From contig NW_026782452.1 of NCBI RefSeq assembly GCF_031769215.1, forward strand, positions 496,001-560,000: a stretch of DNA of 64,000 nucleotides, read 5' to 3'. Made by a program: the position numbers and the translations under genes. The notes under the pieces were generated by a model, which saw nothing but the letters and a program-made list of their open reading frames with translations, ran no database searches and had not been told where the DNA came from. This stretch comes from Ylistrum balloti (Eukaryota). Numbering within the stretch: position 1 is the stretch's first letter; every line of letters starts with the position of its first letter. Below are positions 50,881-61,800 of this stretch, one piece after another.

Positions 50881-51422
50881 CATCTTAGCTGTATTAAGGT
50901 AACTACATGGTTTGGGGGATCAGAGGTACCTTCTGCTAATAACACAATTAGTGTCATTACATATATTTACAGTTAGCCTGACTGGCTACCATCAACCCAG
51001 TGTTAATTTGGATTGTATTCACAGCAGAGTAGATACAGTGTGTACCAAGGGACAATAATGACGTCATTTTAGCGCCATTCTGACCAATGTTACGTCGATC
51101 TTTTCACATCGCCTCAGATAACACACAATAATATCTTCACGTTATTCATCTGATTACTATTTTCAAAGAGCTTTTCCAGCATGTAAACATACTGCGATCA
51201 ATATATGAAAAATGATACCCAGTTAAAATATTCTGACCCCTTAAAATTATTTCTCGTTAGCTATGCTTTGTCAAAAAATTGTCATCAAATACATGAATTA
51301 AATTCATATGTTCATATTATAAAAAATATTTAAAAAAAAAAAGATCTGTGAAACACTATCATTTTTTCTAAAAAAAAAACACGCACTCAGATCAGTTAAT
51401 TTCGCATACCTGAAATGATCGA

Positions 51423-51781
51423 CACGTGTATCGAACATGTGACTGACCAGCCGTTTCTGATGACGTCAACTTACAGTTACGCAGAAATACATGTATTACA
51501 TAAAATTATCATATGAATGGAAATGACATTGTGGTAACAGAAAAAAAATCAAAATGAAATAATGGTGGAAAATGGTTTATAATCGGTGTTGATGTGTGCA
51601 CGTTTTCTAAAGGGCAAGATTCAATTTTTTATTTTTGGTTGCCTTTTCTTAAATAAACCATATTTCTTGGCAAATGTCTTTCTTATAACATTTACTATTT
51701 AAATAAAATTAATTTTTCATTGATCAGTCCACAATTCGCTAGTTGATTAAAATCAGAAATGAGTCATCAAAAATGATCATG

Positions 51782-51816
<35 letters not shown>

Positions 51817-53089
51817 CACTTTTCCAACAAACACTGGCATCCAAAGAGGGATTGATTGGTTTTTTAATTGTATCTGGAGTATGTTTAACACGTAATTTGA
51901 ATGTGTATTAAGAAAAAAATACACCATTTTGCCAATGAAATATTAACACAATATTTAATGGTGAATTGTTTTAATCACTGTTTCTTATTCTTCTCGGAAG
52001 CGTCACATGTTACAGCAACTATCCTGGAGCAAGTCAACGCAGATCAATAGTAAAAATTAGCCGGTCCAAAATAAATAACGGTCCGAAACCTATGTCCAGA
52101 CTAAACTACAAATCAGTATGATGCATTCAATTCTGTAAAACATATTTTCTCCTCCAACGTAGTCTTAGAGGAAAACATCGTGAAATAATTAATTTATTCA
52201 TATATTCTAATGATTTTAGTCATAAAACCATTAAATAAATAAGCATATAAATAAATAGATAAATAGAAAAAATCATGATGATTCTTTTCAATTTCATAAA
52301 ATGAACCCTCTCTAATCTGGCCGGTATTCAATATCGGATTTAATTGTGTGCCGAAAAGTTCAAAGTCATACCGTGATGCTCTGTCCACGTGCCCAAGACA
52401 TATGCCTTAGCAAGGCAACGTATGCTGTCCACGTGCCCGGAAATCACGTTTCCTCACTGACCCAAATTCGCCGACAAATTATGCGCAAACACTATGCGCA
52501 GATGAAATGTTGTTTTAGACGACATGGCGGCTAAGCCTACAGAGCTTATATATGTCTAACATTGGAGTACACCTTACAGGGTTTGAGAGACGAGAGGACG
52601 TTTGAACATCAACAGACATTCAAGTAAGTTTCGTCTGTTCTTTCATTTCTAACATGCTTGTGGTGTTATTATTATAAGACGTTTCGTCCATTTATTTAGG
52701 GGTTTGTTAGTCACGAAGTTTTATTCAATGTATCGGTAGGATACTATTACGTAATAGTTATGAATAAAAACAAATTAAATTTAGTCTTTAGCTCATTATT
52801 GCAACAACTTTAGCATTATATCATTTAGGTCTAGATATCCGAGAGCAGCATTCATTGTGCACCTTTCGCCGTCAGTCGTCATTTAGACCGTCTCGCAATC
52901 ACTGCTCGAGAAATGCGACAAATAATGCGTTTTAAATCAAATTGATATTTCATTGACAAAGGTAATATATTGAATCGACACCAAATTCCCAATGGTCAAT
53001 GATAACGAGAGTAATTATAATAAAACTGACATGATCACTCATGGAATCCGGGAAGCCTGTAAACGTTTCACGTGTCGTCAGTTCACGTG
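51423..53089. promoter_or_regulatory. timeless promoter/enhancer with an E-box cluster and a non-coding exon 1 (about 52510-52623)
   Basis: CACGTG at 51423, 52386, 52430, 53069 and 53084. CACGTT at 51599 and 52445. CRE TGACGTCA at 51461. D-box-like TTACATAA at 51496 and TTACGTAA at 52747. Donor CAA|GTAAGT at 52624. Confidence 0.7.
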
Positions 53090-54049
53090 TGCAGTACATG
53101 TGTACCTGAACTTTTTATACATAACGTAGTGTTTAGATTCTATTGGGCATGTCTGAATCGATGCTGGCTCAGAAATCTGAAGCCTGGATGCAAAAATTAT
53201 TATAATACGAGCCTTTTGTACGTGTATGCAAAGTTGATTATGGATCTGTTACCACATATTAAAAATTACTTAAAAGAAAAAAAGCTTTTTAAAAGCAGGT
53301 TCTGTATATTTCACTGCATTATGTTGTGGCGCAACTGATGGAGTTGGTACACAGCATCAAGTGACATCAACTATGATAAATCAACATGATTTTAAAGCCA
53401 AAAATATGCTATTGTAATAGAGGTTATAATTTCTATCCCTGGACCTCTGCCTTACAAGTCTGACACTCAATAGATCGAGCTAAAGAGAAGTTCTCTCTAT
53501 CTGAGTGGTATGTTGGTGCTAGTTTTTACCAGGGTTACATATTGCACCTGCGGGAAATCACTCATCCTCAAGTTTCCAGGTTGTTCCTTGGCAACAGTCG
53601 AGGAAAATTTGTCATTTGCATGATTAGGAACACTAGATTCAGAAAAAAAGTATGATTTCATGCCACATATTGAGTGCTATGAAGACTTTCAAATAACTTT
53701 GTTTAAAAACATATAGAGTTAGTATAGTTCTACCATAGTGACACATATTATGTTGGAAAATCATGAGCTGATATGAGCTTTGCAGATATATACCCCTTGC
53801 CTTTCTTGATTTCCCAACTAACAAAACATTCAGGTCTTAAGTTCCGATAGTAGAGAAAGAAATTCTACTAACTGTTTCCTGTTTGCATTCATCAATATTT
53901 AAACTTTTTGGATAAATGTGGAAATTACCTTTTTTATTTATTAATACATAGACCTGTTTCACGAAGATTATACTTTTGTCTTGTCCTACTTATTTCTTCA
54001 CTAAGGTTGTGTGAAATGGTACTTTTTTTTTCTGTTGGGAATAACTAGT

Positions 54050-54225
54050 CAGGGTTTTCCATAATTTTGTTAGTAGTAGGCTGTGTAGTGAAAGTAGGAG
54101 ACTGGCCTGCCGTGTACGTGTAGTCGTGTTCGGAACATTATTACGGAACTAGATTGGTGTAGGCGGCCAAATGATCAAAGTAGCCGGTCAAATTGATCGG
54201 CTCCTGGCTCTTATTGAAAACCCTG
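54050..54225. mobile_element. 176-bp MITE, copy 1
   Basis: TIRs CAGGGTTTTCCATAA ... TTATTGAAAACCCTG. ACTAGT flanks both sides. Near-identical to 60707-60882. Confidence 0.85.
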
Positions 54226-54380
54226 ACTAGTGACATTGTTCGGTGCAAAGTGTCTGCACATTTGTTTCTCTGTCTTGTTCTTGGGTTGCAGTCGACTTCG
54301 CCTTATGGTAACATAAGTCGAGGTTGTAAATATTGGTAAACAGGAATTTTTCAGGATGTTATTAGTTAAACCCCTTACTA

Positions 54381-55660
54381 CCGATGAAGGGAAGGTGTGA
54401 ACGTTTCAAGTACTGTAGTACTGAACAAAGTATTGATAGTATTGTACTGAAGTACTTCACAAATCGAATTCCTTAAATTTATGCAACAAGCTCTCTGATT
54501 GGCAGAGCCAAGTCTAGATCGATTGTGGGTGGAGCCAGGTGAAAAAATACTGTGCAGACATCGGCATTTTACAAACACTTGACTGTCGCGAGAGGTTAAT
54601 TGGAAGAGTCCAAGTCACAGGTGGCTTCAGATCAGACCTAATTGGGTTGTCCCATTTTTTTCATTCTACACCCAATGATACCTTGCTTTTCCATCGATGG
54701 TACAACGAGAAAACGAAAGTTACTCAGTACTAAACTAATTTACGTACAAAATATATATCAACAGGTTAGATCACTGGGACCGGAGAATTCATAACATCTT
54801 AACAGTGAATATAGTCATATAGTCATTCTGTACTAGTTTTATTTATATATTTATTTTTTTGAAAGGGGGGGGGGGGGAGGGGAGGGGGGGAGGTTGGCTC
54901 AAAATATTTCGGTTTAAGCCCAAGCTCTATTATATGTAACAAAGAATTACGAATTACCTGGGACCTCCTGATATATGCCGATAATTCATACTGCATTAAA
55001 AAATAAAGGAATTCTGTGGTCCCATATATTTTTTATTTTATTTTTTATCTTTCCATCGAAAATTATACATATCCGCAACATGTGAAAAAACTTTGAAGTT
55101 GGTTGGGCGGAATATCTAGAGCATTTACTACTGCAAGTTCCAGAAATTCTGACACAAGTCGGGTATTTGCCCGAAGCCTCTGTCTCATGACATTGAATAC
55201 ATATTCAGTTACGTTGTATTCCGGGGAATAAGGTGGCTGAAAAACCAGGGACACGCCATATTCTTTCAGCATATTTCTTAAAATGCGCTCTCCCTGTCTA
55301 TGGTGATGGAATCCACAATTATCCATCACAACCACATCGCCTTGTACAAAAACAGGATTCCCCATATCGTTCGTATCGGACATAATTTCGTCGAAGAAAA
55401 TTTTGCATACTGTTGCCGTCATCGGACATTTTTCCAGCGATTACTTAGTAATTGTTATGTAACTGATAGTGTACAATAACTCCGCCTACCGGAACAAATT
55501 GGGTGTCAGATCAACTATTCAGGTTGTCTAAACTCCGCCCCCGACCAATCACAGAGGTTGTTGTATACTTGACTCGATTATTTGAATACTTCAATACAAT
55601 AGTATCAATACTTTGTTCAATACTATAGTAAGTGTGTCGTTCACACCTTCCCTTCATCGG
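54381..55660 (-). mobile_element. Internally deleted IS630/Tc1/mariner-superfamily DNA transposon with long TIRs and a DDE_3 C-terminal fragment (D38E)
   Basis: About 140-bp imperfect TIRs beginning CCGATGAAGGGAAGGTGTGAACG, with TA on both flanks (ends uncertain by about 3 bp). The minus ORF 55422-55063 contains VVVMDNCGFHH...FQPPYSPEYNVTE, with 38 residues between D and E. The HTH and first catalytic D are missing. Confidence 0.88.
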
Positions 55661-55809
55661 TAATAAACTATATTATAGCTTTCTTTGTATCAGTGACTAA
55701 TTTTTCATTCATAAATTTTCTTTATTTGTTTGAAATTTCAATTGCAGATCTGTGGCAGATAGCAAATTTGCTTTACTTATTCTCCTGAAGAAAAAATAAT
55801 CCTCTAAAT

Positions 55810-58800
55810 ATGGAGTGGCATATTATGAACGTAGATGGGATAAACAGCCTGTCCAGTAACCTCGGAATGGTGGAGGACGGGGTGTATATTCCCTCCAGTA
55901 ACAGCCAAGGTAATTATAGTAATCACTAAGTATGTATTGTATCTAAGATCTCCTTCCTCCTAATGTTATTCCTAGTATTGTTCCAGTATACATAGATATA
56001 TAACAAAGGTAGAGACATTCTATGATATTAAAGAGAAGTATTAAACTATGTTTTCAAATTTGAATGGCAGTGATTTTTGGGACTCTGATATATAAGTCCT
56101 GGATTCATGCTTTTCATGTGTATATAGCTTTGAAAACACCTTGTATCAGTTAGTCCAACTGGCCATGAATTCCGCATTCAAACACGGGAAAAGAAATAGA
56201 TTTTTATTGCTGAGAATTATTGTTTGAAAATAATCTTATCGAATGTGAAATACAATTTAAATTGAGATAAATTTTCATTTGGCATTAAGTTTGTTATATT
56301 AGCCTACCATCATTAGAGGATAGTGGGCTGACCAAATTGCCCTCTGTCAGTGGTTAGTATCTGGCATCTTGCATCAGTCTGTCCTAAACAGTTCTTGTTG
56401 TCACTATTTTTTGAGAAGTACCAGATCCACAAATTTCATATATAGGTTCCTCTTGTTCCCTATATGTTAACATTGATTGTTGGACTTATCTGAAAAATAA
56501 TTTTTAAGATAAAAGTGACCATCTTTGATTCTGACAGTAATTTGTTTTTATTAGAGGCGGGGTGGTTGGAGGGGGAGGATACTGGAATCAGATTGTTTGT
56601 TTGTCCTTCTGTTCGTAGATGCAAGATGTACCGGCTACTCCTCCTAAATTACTGAATTGATTTCAATGATCCTATACTTTGCATATGTGCGTAAATTATA
56701 TGTTGAGCTACCTTCCCTTTTTCGAAAAGTTATGCCCCAGGTAGACACAGCTCGTCAAAAGGTTTTGTTTGGTGTTTGTTAAACATGAGTCACTCACAGC
56801 CACTGCAGCTTTTTATCAGAGCTATGAATTTGTCTCTATGTTTGGTGTTTGTTAAACATGAGTCACTCACAGCCACTGCGGCTGTTAATTTGTTGGAGCG
56901 TTTTATCAGAGCTATGAATTTGTCTCTATGTTTGGTGTTTGTTAAACATGAGTCACTCACAGCCACTGCAGCTGTTAATTTGTTGGAGCTTTTTATCAGA
57001 GCTATGAATTTGTCTCTATGTTTGGTGTTTGTTAAACATGAGTCACTCACAGCCACTGCAGCTGTTAATTTATGAATTTGTCTCTATGTTTGGTGTTTGT
57101 TAAACATGAGTCACTCACAGCCACTGCAGCTGTTAATTTGTTGGAGCTTTTTATCAGAGCTATGAATTTGTCTCTATGTTTGGTGTTTGTTAAACATGAG
57201 TCACTCACAGCCACTGCGTCTGTTAATTTATGAATTTGTCTCTATGTTTGGTGTTTGTTAAACATGAGTCACTCACAGCCACTGCAGCTTTTTATCAGAG
57301 CTATGAATTTGTCTCTATGTTTGGTGTTTGTTAAACATGAGTCACTCACAGCCACTGCGTCTGTTAATTTATGAATTTGTCTCTATGTTTGGTGTTTGTT
57401 AAACATGAGTCACTCACAGCCACTGCGTCTGTTAATTTATGAATTTGTCTCTATGTTTGGTGTTTGTTAAACATGAGTCACTCACAGCCACTGCAGCTGT
57501 TAATTTGTTGGAGCTTTTTATCAGAGCTATGAATTTGTCTCTATGTTTGGTGTTTGTTAAACATGAGTCACTCACAGCCACTGCAGCTGTTAATTTATGA
57601 ATTTGTCTCTATGTTTGGTGTTTGTTAAACACTGCAGCTTTTTATCAGAGCTATGAATTTGTCTCTATGTTTGGTGTTTGTAAACACTCACAGCCACTGC
57701 AGCTGTTAATTTGCTTTTTATCAGAGCTATGAAGCTTTTTATCAGAGCTATGAATTTGTCTCTATGTTTGGTGTTTGTTAAACATGAGTCACTCACAGCC
57801 ACTGCGTCTGTTAATTTATGAATTTGTCTCTATGTTTGGTGTTTGTTAAACATGAGTCACTCACAGCCACTGCAGCTGTTAATTTGTTGGAGCTTTTTAT
57901 CAGAGCTATGAATTTGTCTCTATGTTTGGTGTTTGTTAAACATGAGTCACTCACAGCCACTGCGTCTGTTAATTTATGAATTTGTCTCTATGTTTGGTGT
58001 TTGTTAAACATGAGTCACTCACAGCCACTGCAGCTGTTAATTTGTTGGAGCTTTTTATCAGAGCTATGAATTTGTCTCTATGTTTGGTGTTTGTTAAACA
58101 TGAGTCACTCACAGCCACTGCGTCTGTTAATTTATGAATTTGTCTCTATGTTTGGTGTTTGTTAAACATGAGTCACTCACAGCCACTCACAGCCATTTGC
58201 TATGTTTGGTGCTGTTAATTTGTTCACAGCCACTGAGCTGTTAATTTATGAATTTGTCTCTATGTTTGGTGTTTGTTAAACATGAGTCACTCACAGCCAC
58301 TGCAGCTGTTAATTTGTTGGAGCTTTTTATCAGAGCTATGAATTTGTCTCTATGTTTGGTGTTTGTTAAACATGAGTCACTCACAGCCACTGCAGCTTTT
58401 TATCAGAGCTATGAATTTGTCTCTATGTTTGGTGTTTGTTAAACATGAGTCACTCACAGCCACTGCGGCTGTTAATTTGTTGGAGCTTTTTATCAGAGCT
58501 ATGAATTTGTCTCTATGTTTGGTGTTTGTTAAACATGAGTCACTCACAGCCACTGCGGCTGTTAATTTGTTGGAGCTTTTTATCAGAGCTATGAATTTGT
58601 CTCTATGTTTGGTGTTTGTTTGTTCACAGCCAACTGTTAATTTATGAATTTGTCTCTATGTTTGGTGTTTGTTAAACATGAGTCACTCACAGCCACTGCA
58701 GCTGTTAATTTGTTGGAGCTTTTTATCAGAGCTATGAATTTGTCTCTATGTTTGGTGTTTGTTAAACATGAGTCACTCACAGCCACTGCAGCTGTTAATT

Positions 58801-61800
58801 TGTTGGAGCTTTTTATCAGAGCTATGAATTTGTCTCTATGTTTGGTGTTTGTTAAACATGAGTCACTCACAGCCACTGCAGCTGTTAATTTGTTGGAGCT
58901 TTTTATCAGAGCTATGAATTTGTCTCTATGTTTGGGGTTTGTTAAACATGAGTCAATGACAGCCACTGCAGCTTTTTATCAGAGCTATGAATTTGTCTCT
59001 CATTCAGCTAGGATGGAAAGATGTCATATGTTATGTAACATATCTATTGTACATGCTTGAAAAACTAGACTGAAAGTTCTTGGATGTTTGAATTAAATGT
59101 TTGTGCCATAACCCAATGAAGCAAAATGATGTAAAATAATATGCAATTATCGCTCGCACTAGAGCCAAACATGGACAAGTGAACTGATCAGGTGATAAAA
59201 TTCCAGATCTCTTACCTAAGTCTGTGTCCCTCACTGTGACCGCATCTTTTTGTAATGATCATTGTGGAAGGTCAAATGTCTTCAAAATGTCCCAAATGAG
59301 CTTATCTATAGGAATGGCAGGATTCATTTCTGTCCCAATTTTATGTGAAGCATCATTTGTTTGGCTGACCATTAAAGGACACAGGGATGGGGCCAAACAG
59401 GGAAATGGAGTGTTGTGTGCTTTGAAATTCAGGATTCCATTTCCTGTAGTTTGTATGAAGCAGTTTTAGCTTGCACTTGTTGTAACATTATATTAAGAGA
59501 ATATTGTGTTGTTTATTTCTCACATATTGATTTTTACTTTTTTTTTTTTTTTGATGGAGACCAATCTTGACAATTTGATGATCCAAACTACAATATCTTG
59601 TCACTCGGTCATAATTTGTACATTTCAAAATTGAGCTCATTTTTATTTGTAGTAATAAACTGTATTTTGATTTTGGTACTACTGCATTGTTAAGTTGCCT
59701 GAGACCTAGGAGGCCATTGGCTTCTTGTTGTTATTATAAACTGATGGATTAAAGGGTCAAGAATGGCTGAAGCCATATTAAGCCCTTTGGCCAAAAGTGA
59801 AAATGGAAAAAATTTAAATAGTTAAATGTCCCGTAAAATAACAGAAAAAGAAAGAAAACTTTCAAATATTTAAATAAATCCAAACTAAATGACATGAAGA
59901 AAAGAAATAAAAGTAAATATACCAGATTTTTCAGGTCTAATGGATCAGTTAGTTCGCTTTTGAGTGTACATATATTTGGACCCTGATGTAAATTTAGTTG
60001 GACCCTTCATGCCTGTGGTCAGGTATCTGCATGTGATCATTTTTTTACTGCAGCAATCCTTGAAGAAAATTTGGAGTTCCTTATGAGAGATAACATGGAC
60101 AAGACCTACAGAAGACTGCTGTTTAATAACAAATTCCCAGAAAAGGTATGTATTTATCATTTCTGTACATATCATTCCTCAAAATTCTGTAAGTGTATAT
60201 TGTAAATGATATTGAATAGAATTAGGTAGTTAAGATTAATTTTTCAATGGTTCATACTTCGCCAAAAGCTTAGGATGTATTTTATAAGGAAGTCATGTAA
60301 TATTTTCAAAGTATATAAGTTTTTCATGATTATATTTAGACCTCAAATTTGAAAGTGCGACGAAAACAAAACCTCTTGAAGAAGGTATCTGTGGTATGCA
60401 ATGCTATATACACTAAGAGAGTGATGTTACAGACATTATATTTACATAATTAATTTCTCAACCAATACCTTTTGTTATCTTTGTATATATTACAAATATT
60501 CATGTGTAATGTGTATACATACAAAATGTATAAGAAATTTGTCAGTCGGATTTACCTGTGCACATTTCAACTGCAGGAACTGGTCCCATTGATCAAGTAC
60601 ATCAGAGATGACCACACAAACCTACAGGAAGCATTGAGGTCAGTCTTCACTACCTTGTTTATCTGCAACTTTCCAACCAATAAGCCCCCTTTATTTTTCA
60701 GAATCACAGGGTTTTCCATAATTTTGTTAGTAGTAGGCTGTGTAGTGAAAGTAGGAGGCTGGCCTGCCGTGTACGTGTAGTCGTGTACGGAACATTATTA
60801 CGGAACTGGATTGGTGTAGGCGGCCAAATGATCAAAGTAGCCGGTCAAATTGACCGGGGACCGGCTCTTATGGAAAACCCTGGATCATTCAAAATAATTG
60901 AAATAGTAAGCTAAGGTAATCCACAAATAAGAATGAATTTTTACATGAGGGGAGGGAGCCTAACAAAAAAGGTTCCATGTTATATACTGTATAAGAATTT
61001 CATACTATTTCAGAGTAAACCCATGGGGTTGATCAAAATTATTGTTTTTACAGATTTATCATTTGAGCTTGGAATATTAGATTAAGGAAATGTTAATGTT
61101 TCAATACTTATGGCAGTGTATCTGAACTACAGATGTAATTGATCAATGTGGGTTTTTATGGAATACCTAAGGTCTTGTGCATATTGCGGTCGTCCTGCAG
61201 TTTAATACTCTTTTCTGATTGGTCAATAAATGCTCCATTTCTTGGTAGTGTATTAAACTAAAATGAATAAGTTGCGACCACTTTTCAATCTGATTAAATA
61301 TTGTAACTTGTAAAATAATTTGGTGCAATTCAAATTCTCATACAGATCTTCTCTAGGCACCTTGAGCCTGAAATTAATGTTCTGTTTAGATCAATATCCA
61401 AATGGTCCATCATGAAAATCTTGTGTTTGATCCTGATTAGATATTCAAATGTTTTCTGATCGTGCTGAAAAATGCTATCGATAACAAGGACAGATCTGAA
61501 AAATATTGAAGCCCTTGTTTGATACAGGAATTTTCTGAATGTGCTGAATGATGAAGCAAATCCACTGCAATGACATCCACAGAAGGATTGGCTTTACTTG
61601 GCAATATCAATATTTACAGGGATAAAAAGAGGAAACTTACAACAAATTGCATCCATATTCCTGATCTCTTTTGAACGTACTTTCAGATTATGGAATATAC
61701 AATTAAATGTAACCAATGTTGTAGATTGATGATCCTGTTGACAAATCCTGTGGAGTATGACTATGACACAAATGAAAGGACCAAACCACCATGGGCTATT

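Noticed and set aside
51059-51066. Additional CRE (TGACGTCA) upstream of timeless
   Set aside because: It sits in repeat-like context resembling segments near 3115 and 48600, so it is probably element-derived and was not counted as evidence.
56776-59060. 30-aa periodic ORFs and an acceptor-like CTCTCATTCAG at 59007
   Set aside because: These are satellite translations. An exon from 59008 would stop at 59060, and the TIM alignment needs no insert between NSQ and AILEE.
59934-60022. Possible poison exon in timeless (TTTTTCAG...CAG|GTATCT)
   Set aside because: It would leave only a 31-nt intron before the real acceptor at 60053, which is too short to be credible without RNA evidence.
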